Shown here: positions 46,218 through 54,755 of the stretch, piece after piece
Layout of the letters: each line of letters opens with the position of its first letter
Numbering within the stretch: position 1 is the stretch's first letter
Source of the DNA: an uncultured Anaerolineae bacterium
GTDB taxonomy: Bacteria > Chloroflexota > Anaerolineae > Aggregatilineales > UBA3940
Direction: 5' to 3'
Length of the DNA: 64,000 nt
Assembly (NCBI GenBank): GCA_964603985.1
Contig: CAZRXG010000015.1
Coordinates: 11,957-75,956, forward strand
The notes under the pieces: model-generated
Databases searched by the model: none
The model's input: only the letters and a program-made list of their open reading frames with translations
What the model was told of the DNA's origin: nothing
Position numbers and translations under genes: made by a program

Positions 46218-47084
46218 ATGCCGACCGCCATTGCCTGCGCTTCGGGCGCGTTCCGGGGAGTCTTCACGCATGGCGTGCTGAGCGCGTTTGAGGCGTCCGG
46301 CCTGCGCGCCGATGCCTACGCCGCCGCCTCCTCGACCGTCGTACCGGCTGCGCTTGCCGCCACCGGCCAGCTTGACGCGTTGGGCGGGGCCGCTTACTGG
46401 CGGGACGGCATCGACGTGCTGCGGCAGTTGGGCGACATCAGCCAGATGATCCTGCGCGGCATTGCCGAGCATGGCCCCCGGCTGCGCGGGGCGCTGTTCG
46501 AGCCGGAGGTGCCGCGCTTCCTGATCGTGGCCAGCGCGGTCGTCACCGGTGAGGCCGCCGAATTAACGCAGGGGCCGGGCGCGCGGCGGTTGGGGCAGAA
46601 GCTGCTGCTGGCGATGCGCACCGGGGATCGCAGTTGGGCGGACGAGCACCTCGCCCCCCACCTGTACGACACCGCCGGGCACGGCGGTGTCGACCTGCGC
46701 CTCGCGCCGGAGAACCTGGAGGCGGTGGCTTACGCCTCGACGCGCATGCTGCACGCCTGGAAAACCCCGGCCTGGATCGATGGGCGGCCTTACGTCGATG
46801 CGTCGTACACGTGCGCCTGCCCGGCGGTCGAGATGGTCGGGCGCGGCTACGATGCCGTGATCGCCATCTCCCCGGAGCCAGGCCCTATCTACCGTGACCT
46901 GTTCCGGTCGGAAACCATCCCCGCAGCGTGGCGGGGCGTCCCGATCCACATCGTGCAGCCGGACGTAGACCTGGGCAGCCTGGGCGTGGACTTCACCGCC
47001 GCCACGCCCGGCGGGTTGGAGGCTGCCTTCCGGCACGGCGAGGCGAAGGGCCGGGCGTTCCTTATGGAGCAAGACAGAACGTGA
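46218..47084 (+). CDS. divergent patatin-like phospholipase family protein (tentative)
   Basis: IACASGAFRGVFTHGVLSAFEASGL..DAYAAASSTVVPA resembles the patatin GGGxRG ... GxSxG blocks, but with A-A-S-S-T. A later YVDAS sits in place of DGA/DGG. Confidence 0.45.
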   Translation: MPTAIACASGAFRGVFTHGVLSAFEASGLRADAYAAASSTVVPAALAATGQLDALGGAAYWRDGIDVLRQLGDISQMILRGIAEHGPRLRGALFEPEVPRFLIVASAVVTGEAAELTQGPGARRLGQKLLLAMRTGDRSWADEHLAPHLYDTAGHGGVDLRLAPENLEAVAYASTRMLHAWKTPAWIDGRPYVDASYTCACPAVEMVGRGYDAVIAISPEPGPIYRDLFRSETIPAAWRGVPIHIVQPDVDLGSLGVDFTAATPGGLEAAFRHGEAKGRAFLMEQDRT

Positions 47085-47106
47085 TAACCTGCCTGCCGGG
47101 GGACCT

Positions 47107-47418
47107 TCATGGTGTCACGAACGCAACCAGCACGAAGAAAGATGCCACCATCGTAATGAACAACAGCGCGACGGCCAGGGCAATCACCCGCCACATGGTC
47201 GCCGTTTGGGCGCGGCGCAGGGTCCTCATCTGGTGGTTCGGCGGCAGCTCCACCGGTGTTGCCTGGAGCAGCTTATCGTTCATGCGGCGCGCCATCCGGG
47301 CGAACTCCGGGTCGCCTTCAAAGTAGCCCTCGACCAGCCGCCTGGTCTGCTCACTGGCCTCGCCGGAGAAATAGGCGGGCAGCAGGTCGATAATGATCTC
47401 ACGAGTCACTTCTGTCAT
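47107..47418 (-). CDS. anti-sigma factor (single C-terminal TM helix)
   Basis: Immediately downstream of, and overlapping, the ECF sigma gene. C-terminal TM helix WRVIALAVALLFITMVASFFVLVAF. Start uncertain (47418, 47430 or 47454). Confidence 0.6.
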   Translation of the reverse strand: MTEVTREIIIDLLPAYFSGEASEQTRRLVEGYFEGDPEFARMARRMNDKLLQATPVELPPNHQMRTLRRAQTATMWRVIALAVALLFITMVASFFVLVAFVTP

Positions 47419-47911
47419 GTCGTCCTCCATCCATCTCTTGATCGCGGAAATCAACCAGCTTCAGCCGTGCCCGGTGAACCTTCACCCGGGCCGCTGCCAA
47501 TGAGACACCCAGCGCTGCCGCGATTTCCTGATAGGGCATATCGTACAAGGCGCGCATCAGCAGCGCGGCGCGGTCGACCTCGGTCAGGGTTTGCAGGCCG
47601 CGCAGCACCGCCCGCAGCTCGGATCGCTGCTCGACACTGGCTTCCGGGCCTGACGCCCGGCTGGGCAGGTGATCGTCCAACCGGGTAAAGCGCTGCTCGC
47701 TTCGGAGCTGCTTGAGGTACAGATTGCGCACGATAGCCAGCAGGTACGCCTTGACGGTCGGCATCCACAGCGAATCGCGCCGCGTCCAGACGCGCACAAA
47801 CGTCTCCGAGGTCAGATCCTCGGCCCAGTCGGTGCTGCCACACAGATACAGCGCAAAGCGGAACACGTCACCGGCATAGTTCCGGTACAGTTGGGTGAAA
47901 TCTTTTATCAT
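47399..47911 (-). CDS. ECF (sigma-70 family, group 4) RNA polymerase sigma factor
   Basis: Region 2 (DLTSETFVRVW) and region 4 HTH (MPYQEIAAALGVSLAAARVKVHRAR). Confidence 0.9.
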   Translation of the reverse strand: MIKDFTQLYRNYAGDVFRFALYLCGSTDWAEDLTSETFVRVWTRRDSLWMPTVKAYLLAIVRNLYLKQLRSEQRFTRLDDHLPSRASGPEASVEQRSELRAVLRGLQTLTEVDRAALLMRALYDMPYQEIAAALGVSLAAARVKVHRARLKLVDFRDQEMDGGRHDRSDS

Positions 47912-48011
47912 CGCGCCTCATCTACAATATCCATTCGAGGGGCAAAAGTTACAACCCGGAGGGTATGACGGTCAGTAGACCGCAATCGTCCGGTCAGGCA
48001 GGGTGGCTTAT

Positions 48012-48173
48012 GAGCTTTAACAATTTAATCCGGTCACCGTTTTTGCCCCCCACCCCCGGCCCCTCCCCCACATTCCGCGCCTGACGGCGCTGGGGGGAGG
48101 GGGCAGCCAAGCAGCCAGGCAGCCAGACGAGCCACATTTCCATCATGGCCGGATATAAATACTCAAGATGCAT
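48012..48173 (+). repeat. MITE/REP-like intergenic element, copy F (full form)
   Basis: gagctttaacaatttaatccggtcaccgtttttgccccccacccccggcccctcccccacattccgcgcctgacggcgctggggggaggggg, then (GCAGCCAG) x2 plus 1 degenerate unit, then gccacatttccatcatggccggatataaatactcaagatgcat. Confidence 0.7.
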
Positions 48174-48312
48174 TAGCCCCCCGTAGGAGAATGGCCCGCG
48201 TGGGGGCGCTCTCCTAAAGGCGCGAAGTACGCTATACTGTCCCCCCGTTGAACAACCTATCGAGACTCGATACGATACCCGACCCTCGTGAAACAAAGGA
48301 GATCCTCCAGAC

Positions 48313-49479
48313 ATGCGAATCCGACGTCACCTGGCACCTGTGATCGTGGGCGGCCTGGCCGCGCTGGCGTGCAACCTCAGCGGGTTGGCCCTGGGCGAAA
48401 GCCCGACCGCCGCCCCGGTCGTTGTAGCACCGACTGTGGCACAGGCACCTGCCGAACCGGCCCCGGCAACCGAGACCTCCGCCGTATCCACACCCGTCAC
48501 GGCCACGCGAACGCTCAGGCCCCGGCGCTGCCAGGATACGACCGACTTAAGCGGGTGGTGCCTGCTCGGCGATGGTGTGGCGTTGGACGTTGCCGCGCCG
48601 GTGGAGAAGCCCCAGTTCTTCGACTATGCCCCGGCGACCAACCGGGTGCTCTATGGCAGCCACCCCTACGGCGAGCCGACCACCGGCCCCGGCAGGCTGG
48701 CCCTGACCGATCTGTGGAGCGTTGACCTGAGCACGAACGAAGCACAGCCCGTCGTTGACGAGGACGTGATCGTCAAGGCTTTCTGGGCACCCAACGGACA
48801 GGACCTGGTTTACCTGCGCGCCACCGACGTTACCTATGAGCTGCGCCGCCGCATGGCCTCCGGCGAGGACACGCTCCTGGCCGTCGACGTGGCCCCGCTG
48901 TTTGCCGTCTCGCCCGCAGGTGACGAGGTGGCCTTCGTGCGCGAGCCTGGGCGTGGGGTGGACGTACGCTCCGGGCTGTACGTGATCCCAATCGCCGGTG
49001 GGGAGGAACGGTGGATCGCAGAGGTCGACCGCTCCGGAGGTGGCAGCGTCGACGACCGCCCGATCTGGTCGCCGGATGGGCAAACCATCCTGCTGCCGGT
49101 CTCAAGCCGTGAAGGGTCAACCGGGATGCTGCGCGCGACTGCCGCCGGCGGTTCGGGCATCATCGGCTTTGACGAAGCGCTGGCCGGACAGCCCGGCTAT
49201 GGTGAATTAGGGGCGTTTCTGCTGTGGCACCCGGACAGCCAATCGCTGATCGGCACCGGTATGACCGGCCACCCGATGACCAACGACGCGCGGTGGTGGG
49301 TCGTGCAGTACAGGCTGGACGCGGCGCGGGAACGCGTCACCGGGATAGTGGTCGTGGCGGAGGACGCGCTGCTGCTGGGTTGGGATAGGCCCGGCGAGTC
49401 GGTGTGGGTCCAACCCGTCGAGAGCATGCCGGACGCGGCCCCGCTGCCGATGCCCGTGGTCGTGCCGCTGCCGGAGTGA
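48313..49479 (+). CDS. lipoprotein with TolB-like beta-propeller repeats
   Basis: Lipobox GGLAALAC. PIWSPDGQTILL and FWAPNGQDLVY motifs. Confidence 0.7.
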   Translation: MRIRRHLAPVIVGGLAALACNLSGLALGESPTAAPVVVAPTVAQAPAEPAPATETSAVSTPVTATRTLRPRRCQDTTDLSGWCLLGDGVALDVAAPVEKPQFFDYAPATNRVLYGSHPYGEPTTGPGRLALTDLWSVDLSTNEAQPVVDEDVIVKAFWAPNGQDLVYLRATDVTYELRRRMASGEDTLLAVDVAPLFAVSPAGDEVAFVREPGRGVDVRSGLYVIPIAGGEERWIAEVDRSGGGSVDDRPIWSPDGQTILLPVSSREGSTGMLRATAAGGSGIIGFDEALAGQPGYGELGAFLLWHPDSQSLIGTGMTGHPMTNDARWWVVQYRLDAARERVTGIVVVAEDALLLGWDRPGESVWVQPVESMPDAAPLPMPVVVPLPE

Positions 49480-49572
49480 GCGCCACTCTCTGCCTGCCGC
49501 CGCTTTCCCAGCACATGAGAATGACTATAATGGGAGAAGTTTAGTCGTTTTCATAGTGAGGGATGATGCAAG

Positions 49573-50127
49573 ATGGCGCAAGATAGAGAGAGGGTTTTTG
49601 TCGAGCGGGAGAGCGAGAAGGGTAAGAGGCTGAACTGGCATGCGGCCTGGCTGCGACTTGATCAGATGACGGGTGTCATCGCGCTGCAATCGATGGGGGT
49701 GGCGAAGAAGTGGGCGGTGACGTTTCAGGTTGCTCAGCTTGAGGCGTTTGAGATCCTGCGCGTCAGTGACGTGCGCACGCTGACGGCGATGTACGGTGGC
49801 GGGCTGGCGGGCTGGGCGATGGCCGCGATCATGTCGCGGTGGGCCAAAGTGCCCGTCATTAAGCTGTCCCAGCAGTCCGCCGAGGCAGGCGGGCGGTGGG
49901 CACACATCCGCATGCCGGGGATGCGGCCCAAGAAGACACGCGATCTGGCTAACCGGATCGCGGACCTTCTGCGCCAGCACGGTTACAGCGGCATGATGCC
50001 GAACCTGGCCGACGAGGAACTGTGGAAAGCACCCACCGGCCCGATCCTGATCGGGTGCGGGCTGCTCATCGTCATCGTGGTGTGCCTGGTCGCTGTGATA
50101 ACCGTGATCGGTACCTCCGGTTCGTGA
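49573..50127 (+). CDS. hypothetical protein with C-terminal TM anchor (184 aa)
   Basis: ORF in the track. C-terminal helix ILIGCGLLIVIVVCLVAVITVI. Family not recognised. Confidence 0.55.
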   Translation: MAQDRERVFVERESEKGKRLNWHAAWLRLDQMTGVIALQSMGVAKKWAVTFQVAQLEAFEILRVSDVRTLTAMYGGGLAGWAMAAIMSRWAKVPVIKLSQQSAEAGGRWAHIRMPGMRPKKTRDLANRIADLLRQHGYSGMMPNLADEELWKAPTGPILIGCGLLIVIVVCLVAVITVIGTSGS

Positions 50128-50229
50128 GAGGGGGCCGAATCGCGAAGGGGCGAAGGCCGCAGGAATGCACAAGGGCCTGAGTTCTAAGTCGATCCCAGGC
50201 CCTTGGGTGGTAAAGATCTCCTCTGGCAT

Positions 50230-50682
50230 TCAGGGGTTCCTGTAAGCATCCTCTACAACAGTCTCTTTCCAGCGGTAGCATCTGTCCCATTCGACTTGCA
50301 GGTGATATGTCACATTGCCGCCTGGAGATTCATCTTTGATATAAAGCTCGTAGTCACCAAACGGTGAGGCATTTCCTATACACACCGGCCAGTCATACTC
50401 CCTGCACCCTGCTGCAATATAAAAGGCCACGACATCCGCATATGTATCTGTGGTCTCATACTCATATACGTATGTAGCGTATTCATATCCATCAATATCA
50501 ATATGCTCTTTCGTGAGAACACTACCTGGATAGACAGGGGCCTCAGGAATAATGGTATCGCGCTCGCGGCAGTTGGTAATTGGCTTGCCATCTACTAGTG
50601 CCACAGCAGTACATAGACACACAGTAATGACCACCAGTGCCACCGCAGCGATTCTCGCAAGGTGCTCTTTGAAACTCATCAT
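50230..50682 (-). CDS. hypothetical secreted/anchored protein in a low-GC patch
   Basis: MMSFKEHLARIAAVALVVITVCLCTAV signal/anchor. Tyr/Glu/Asp-rich domain. AT-richer than the flanks. Confidence 0.6.
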   Translation of the reverse strand: MMSFKEHLARIAAVALVVITVCLCTAVALVDGKPITNCRERDTIIPEAPVYPGSVLTKEHIDIDGYEYATYVYEYETTDTYADVVAFYIAAGCREYDWPVCIGNASPFGDYELYIKDESPGGNVTYHLQVEWDRCYRWKETVVEDAYRNP

Positions 50683-50904
50683 ATCTCGCTCAAGTAAGCG
50701 ACATGCCAACATAGCCCGCGCCACAGTCTACATCAGAATCCCCAACCTGAACACCCACCACCCGGCGATGAAGGTCGCGCTGCGGCACCGCGATTGCCCA
50801 TCTGTTCAACCTCCACTAGAATACACCAGAGTCGGGTACGTCGGACGCCCGCAGGCAGCGCGCGGCATTGCTGTGTGACGGGTACGCAGTACGCGAGGAT
50901 CGCC

Positions 50905-51663
50905 ATGCCAGAACTGCAACCCTACAAAGGCTTGTTCGCCGAGTGGCTTGCATCGATGGACACAGCGCAGGCGGAGCAGGTCAGGCAGCCCTCCGGGATC
51001 ACCGACCTGGCGCATTTGGCGCCGGGCGGGTATGCGCGGCGTTTGATCATCGGGGCCGTCGTCGCCTGGTGGCTGCTCGGCGTCGGGCTGTTCGTCGCCG
51101 TCTGGCTCCTCGGCGGTCTCTCGCTCGTGATGCGCAAGGGCGGGATACTGGGGGTGGTGGGCATGTCTTATGTGCCGTGCCTGTGCTTCCTGCTCCTGGT
51201 CGCGGGCACGGTTGCCGTCGCGTTCGGCGGGCCGCGGCTCCAGGCCGCCATCGTCGGTCGACGTCTCGGTTCGCCGGTGATGTGGGCCTCGGCGGAAGAA
51301 CTGCTGCGCGGCGACACGCTCGACCTGACCTTCAGCCAGGACATCAACAGGCCAACCGACATCCAGAGTGTGGTCTTTCAGTTGTTGCTGCGCGAGACGG
51401 TCACTTATACCAGCGGCACCGACCGGGTCACCGTCACCCACGACCACGTCATCGGGCGGGTGGAGCGCCCCGGACGCCCCATGCAGAAGGGCTACCGGCT
51501 GGAGGAGCGCGCCGACTTCCGGATTCCCCCTGACGCGATGCACACCTTCGTCGCCAGCAACAACAAGCTCCAGTGGTTCGTCACCGTGCAGGTCAAGATC
51601 GCCCGCTGGCCGGACTTCCGCAAGGTCTACCAGGTGACCGTCCTGCCGGAGATCACACCGTAA
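50905..51663 (+). CDS. membrane-anchored protein with C-terminal arrestin/Spo0M-like beta-sandwich domain (paralog 1)
   Basis: MPELQPYKG..., 3 TM helices, then LRGDTLDLTF.QDIN.PTDI.SV..QLLLRET.TYTSGTD.VTVTHDHV... FRIPPDAMHTF.... The fold assignment is by eye only. Confidence 0.65.
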   Translation: MPELQPYKGLFAEWLASMDTAQAEQVRQPSGITDLAHLAPGGYARRLIIGAVVAWWLLGVGLFVAVWLLGGLSLVMRKGGILGVVGMSYVPCLCFLLLVAGTVAVAFGGPRLQAAIVGRRLGSPVMWASAEELLRGDTLDLTFSQDINRPTDIQSVVFQLLLRETVTYTSGTDRVTVTHDHVIGRVERPGRPMQKGYRLEERADFRIPPDAMHTFVASNNKLQWFVTVQVKIARWPDFRKVYQVTVLPEITP

Positions 51664-51720
51664 TCAGAACACTGTAGGGGGCGCAGTGTGATGCGCCCCC
51701 CACAAGGAGAAGAAACCGGC

Positions 51721-52482
51721 ATGCCAGAATTACAACCTTATCGCGGTGGGCTGACCGAGGCGGCGGCAAGGGCAGGCGTGTCCCGGTCGCCCGCAGCCAG
51801 GCGGATGGTGGGGGGCGTCGCCAGCATGGCGAAGCCCGCGCTGGGCAAGCAGCAGGGTTGCGTGATAGCTGCCACCGTCTTCGGCTGGTGGGGGCTGGGC
51901 GTCGGCCTGTTCCTGCTGCTGGAGTTCGCGGGGGGCCGGTTTGTCGAGTCGCTGCTGGGCGAAGACATAGGCACGGCCTTCATGTCGGCGCTGCCGTGCG
52001 TGTGCTTCCCGCTGATCTTCGCGGGGACGATCGCGGTCGTGATCGGGCGCTCGTGGCTGATGGGCCTCATCGTCAGCCGCAAGCTGGGGCCGCCCAGCAT
52101 GTGGGCCTCGGCGGAGGAGGTGCTGCGCGGTGACGTGCTCGACCTGACCTTCGGCCAGGACATCAACAGCCCAACCGACATCGAGAGCGTGATCATCCAG
52201 CTTCTGCTGCGCGAGACGGCCACCTACACCAGCGGCACCGACACGGTGACCGTCACCCACGACCACGTCATCGGGCAGGTGGAGCGCCCCGGACGCTCCA
52301 TGCAAAAGGGCTTCCGGCTGGAGGAGCGCGCCGACTTTGAGATCCCGCCTGAAGCGATGCACACCTTCGTCGCCAACAACAACAAGCTCCAGTGGTTCGT
52401 CACCGTGCAGGTCAAGATCGCCCGCTGGCCGGACTTCTACGAGTTCTACCACATTACCGTGCTACCGCAGGAGGCAGCCTGA
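51721..52482 (+). CDS. membrane-anchored protein with C-terminal arrestin/Spo0M-like domain (paralog 2)
   Basis: AAGGAGAAG SD. MPELQPYRG.... The C-terminal half is nearly identical to paralog 1, including about 85 nt with a single mismatch at an offset of 819 bp. Confidence 0.65.
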   Translation: MPELQPYRGGLTEAAARAGVSRSPAARRMVGGVASMAKPALGKQQGCVIAATVFGWWGLGVGLFLLLEFAGGRFVESLLGEDIGTAFMSALPCVCFPLIFAGTIAVVIGRSWLMGLIVSRKLGPPSMWASAEEVLRGDVLDLTFGQDINSPTDIESVIIQLLLRETATYTSGTDTVTVTHDHVIGQVERPGRSMQKGFRLEERADFEIPPEAMHTFVANNNKLQWFVTVQVKIARWPDFYEFYHITVLPQEAA

Positions 52483-52928
52483 TGGCACCCAAACAAGACA
52501 CCCGCGCGGACGTTCGTTTTGTGCTGGAGGGCGAGGTGGAGCGCGACGGCCTGATGGTCTACCCGCCGGGCGCGACCGTCACCGGGCGCTTCGAGGTCAT
52601 GCCCAACCGCGACCTGGAGTGCCGTCACCTGCTGCTCCAGCTTGAGTGGCACACCGAGGGACGCGGCGACCGTGACGGCAAGGTCATCGAGGAGGCCGAC
52701 CTCTTCCAGGGCGTGCTGACGGCGGGCGTCTCAATCGGGGAGGACTTCGTCTTCACGCTGCCCGACCAGCCCTGGAGCTACGCCGGGCACTACGTCAACA
52801 TCGTGTGGGCCGTCTCGATCAAGATCGACATCCCGCGCGCTAAGGACGTTAACGCCAGCCAGCCGTTCATCATGACGCCCGACCGGGACCGTGTGACGCC
52901 AGAATCCGCGCCAGACTCGATCTGGTGA
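52482..52928 (+). CDS. soluble arrestin/Spo0M-like domain protein
   Basis: Its ATG shares one base with the upstream TGA (TGATG), and GCAGGAGG is the SD. Pattern VRFVLEGEVERDGLMVYPPGATVTGRFEV...LLLQLEWHTEGRGD...FTLPDQPWSYAGHYVNIVWAVSIKIDIP. Confidence 0.65.
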   Translation: MAPKQDTRADVRFVLEGEVERDGLMVYPPGATVTGRFEVMPNRDLECRHLLLQLEWHTEGRGDRDGKVIEEADLFQGVLTAGVSIGEDFVFTLPDQPWSYAGHYVNIVWAVSIKIDIPRAKDVNASQPFIMTPDRDRVTPESAPDSIW

Positions 52929-53565
52929 TCGCGCCCGGCGCGTCCAGGCGCTGGAAAACCTCGTACAGCAGCAGCTCCGACGCGCGCAGGTCGCCGCCGT
53001 AGGTCTCCCACAGCAGTGCGACTGCCTCTGGCGTGAGGCTCACGCGCGGCGGGTCGTCGAGTGCGAAGGCTACCAGCCGACGCGCCAGCGCCGCCGCCAG
53101 ATGCTCGCGCGTGACCGCCGCCGCCAGGTGGACGGTCGTCAGCGGCAGGCCGCGCCGCGCAAAAGCCGCCCCCAGATCGTCGTGGCTGGCGACGACCAGC
53201 CGCAGTCCGCGCATTGCCGCTCGCAGCAGCCGCGCCCGGTGCCGCCCGCCGAGCCGCTGCGCCTCGTCGAGCAGGAAGCGGTCGAGGCCGCCCAGGCTGG
53301 TGTGGAAGCGGCGCTCGCCTTCGGGCAGGCGCTCGTAGGCCACGCGCTCGCCCGCCTCGCCGAAGTGCTCGGCCAGCCACAGCAGCACGGTCGTCTTGCC
53401 GAACCCCTTCTCGCCGATCAGTTGCAGGTGCGCGGGGTCGGCCTCAAGCGCCGCCGCCACCGCCGGGGGCAGCACCGCGATGGCCGCCCACTCGTCACGC
53501 GTCAGCGCGCCGAACGGGTTGCGCTCGAAGCCAAGCCTGCGGAACGGGAAGTAGCGGTCGGGCAT
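52870..53565 (-). CDS. ExeA-like AAA/P-loop ATPase (231 aa)
   Basis: Start at MPDRYFPFRRLGFERNPF (an ExeA-type N-terminus). Walker A GEKGFGKTT, Walker B FLLDEAQ. The 3' end overlaps the convergent gene by 59 nt. Confidence 0.65.
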   Translation of the reverse strand: MPDRYFPFRRLGFERNPFGALTRDEWAAIAVLPPAVAAALEADPAHLQLIGEKGFGKTTVLLWLAEHFGEAGERVAYERLPEGERRFHTSLGGLDRFLLDEAQRLGGRHRARLLRAAMRGLRLVVASHDDLGAAFARRGLPLTTVHLAAAVTREHLAAALARRLVAFALDDPPRVSLTPEAVALLWETYGGDLRASELLLYEVFQRLDAPGAITRSSLARILASHGPGRAS

Positions 53566-53688
53566 GGTGACTATGGTAGCACGGGCCGGGCCGGGGGGCG
53601 AGGTGGGCCTTTGCGCTCCAACACGGTTGACACGTCGCCCGGCGCGGAGTTTAATAGTAGCCTGCCCTGATCGTACAGGAGCGTAGCC

Positions 53689-54681
53689 ATGACTGACCAA
53701 CCGAAGCGCGACCGGCGAGATGAATCGGCCAGCACACACGCCAACGGCGATTTTGTTGCGGGCGACAAGAGCCAACTGGCCGACATCGCCCGTATGCGCG
53801 GTGACTGGGACGAAGCCGGGACGCTCTACCGCGCGGCGCTGGAGGAGTTCGAGGCGCTGGGCGACCGGTGGGGCGTGGCGGTCAGCAAGGGCAAGCTGGC
53901 CGACATCGCCGCCAATCGCGGCAACTGGGCCGAGGCCGAGGCGCTGTTCGAAGAGGCCATCGCCGTCATGAAACAGTTAGGTGACCGGCAACAGGTGGCC
54001 GCGATGCAAGGGGTGTTGGCCGACGTCGCCCGCATGCGTGGCAACTGGGACGAGGCCGAGAAGTTGTTGAATGAAGCTATGGCAGTTTCCATCGAGATTG
54101 GCGACCGGCGTGATGCGGCCGTCAAAAAGGGCAAGCTGGCCGACATCGCCGCCCATCGCGGTGACTGGGACGCAGCCGAGATGCTACGCAAAGAGGTGCT
54201 GGCCGAATACGAGGCGCTGGGCGACCGGCAGGGTGTGGTGGTCAGCAAGGGCAAGCTGGCCAACATCGCCGCCAGGCACGGCGACTGGGCCGAGGCCGAG
54301 ATGCTCTACGGCGCGGCGCTGGCGGGGTTCGAGGCGCTGGGCGACCGGCAGCAGATTGCAGTTGTCAAGGGTAAGCTGGCCGACATCGTCGCCCATCGCG
54401 GCGATTGGGACGCAGCCGAGACACTCAACCGCGAGGCACTGGGTGAGTGCCGGGCGCTGGGTGCGTTGGTCGAGGAGGCGGTCAGGTCGTATAACTTTGC
54501 GGGTATGCTGTGCAGGCTGGGGCGGTTGGCCGAGGCCGTCGAGCTGATGGAACGTGTGGTGGAGATCGACGAGCAGGTCAACCACCCCGATCTGGAGAGG
54601 AACCGGGCGCGCCTGGAGCAGTTCCGTGCCGAGTTGAAGAAACGCGGCGGCGGGCAGGGAGATCAGGCCGCCAGGGGATGA
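53689..54681 (+). CDS. TPR-like helical repeat protein with 6-7 tandem 40-residue repeats
   Basis: Repeats of the form KGKLADIAAHRGDWDEAE.L...AL..FEALGDRQGVAV. The 120-bp period is visible at the DNA level. Confidence 0.75.
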   Translation: MTDQPKRDRRDESASTHANGDFVAGDKSQLADIARMRGDWDEAGTLYRAALEEFEALGDRWGVAVSKGKLADIAANRGNWAEAEALFEEAIAVMKQLGDRQQVAAMQGVLADVARMRGNWDEAEKLLNEAMAVSIEIGDRRDAAVKKGKLADIAAHRGDWDAAEMLRKEVLAEYEALGDRQGVVVSKGKLANIAARHGDWAEAEMLYGAALAGFEALGDRQQIAVVKGKLADIVAHRGDWDAAETLNREALGECRALGALVEEAVRSYNFAGMLCRLGRLAEAVELMERVVEIDEQVNHPDLERNRARLEQFRAELKKRGGGQGDQAARG

Positions 54682-54727
54682 CGCCGGGCCGTCTCGTCTT
54701 CTGCGCGGAGTCGTGCTATGATGGCCT
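54682..54727 (+). repeat. 46-bp perfect direct repeat, copy 1 (contains extended -10 TGcTATGAT)
   Basis: cgccgggccgtctcgtcttctgcgcggagtcgtgctatgatggcct is identical to 55342-55387. Confidence 0.9.
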
Positions 54728-54755
54728 GGCAGGACACAGTCCCTGGGAGCGGCAT

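Noticed and set aside
47994-48314. Small ORFs 47994..48314 (-) and 9121..9333 (-) sharing the peptide MEMWLVWL. Also 20960..21265 (+).
   Set aside because: The shared peptide comes from the conserved right arm of the MITE-like repeat. There is no SD or start context, and the rest of each ORF is not conserved between copies.
52870-52928. The 59-nt convergent overlap of the ATPase and the third arrestin-like gene as evidence of a frameshift or pseudogene.
   Set aside because: Both ORFs are intact with sensible termini. The overlap could be real or could reflect slightly wrong stop assignment from a sequencing error. There is no direct sign of disruption, so neither gene is called a pseudogene.
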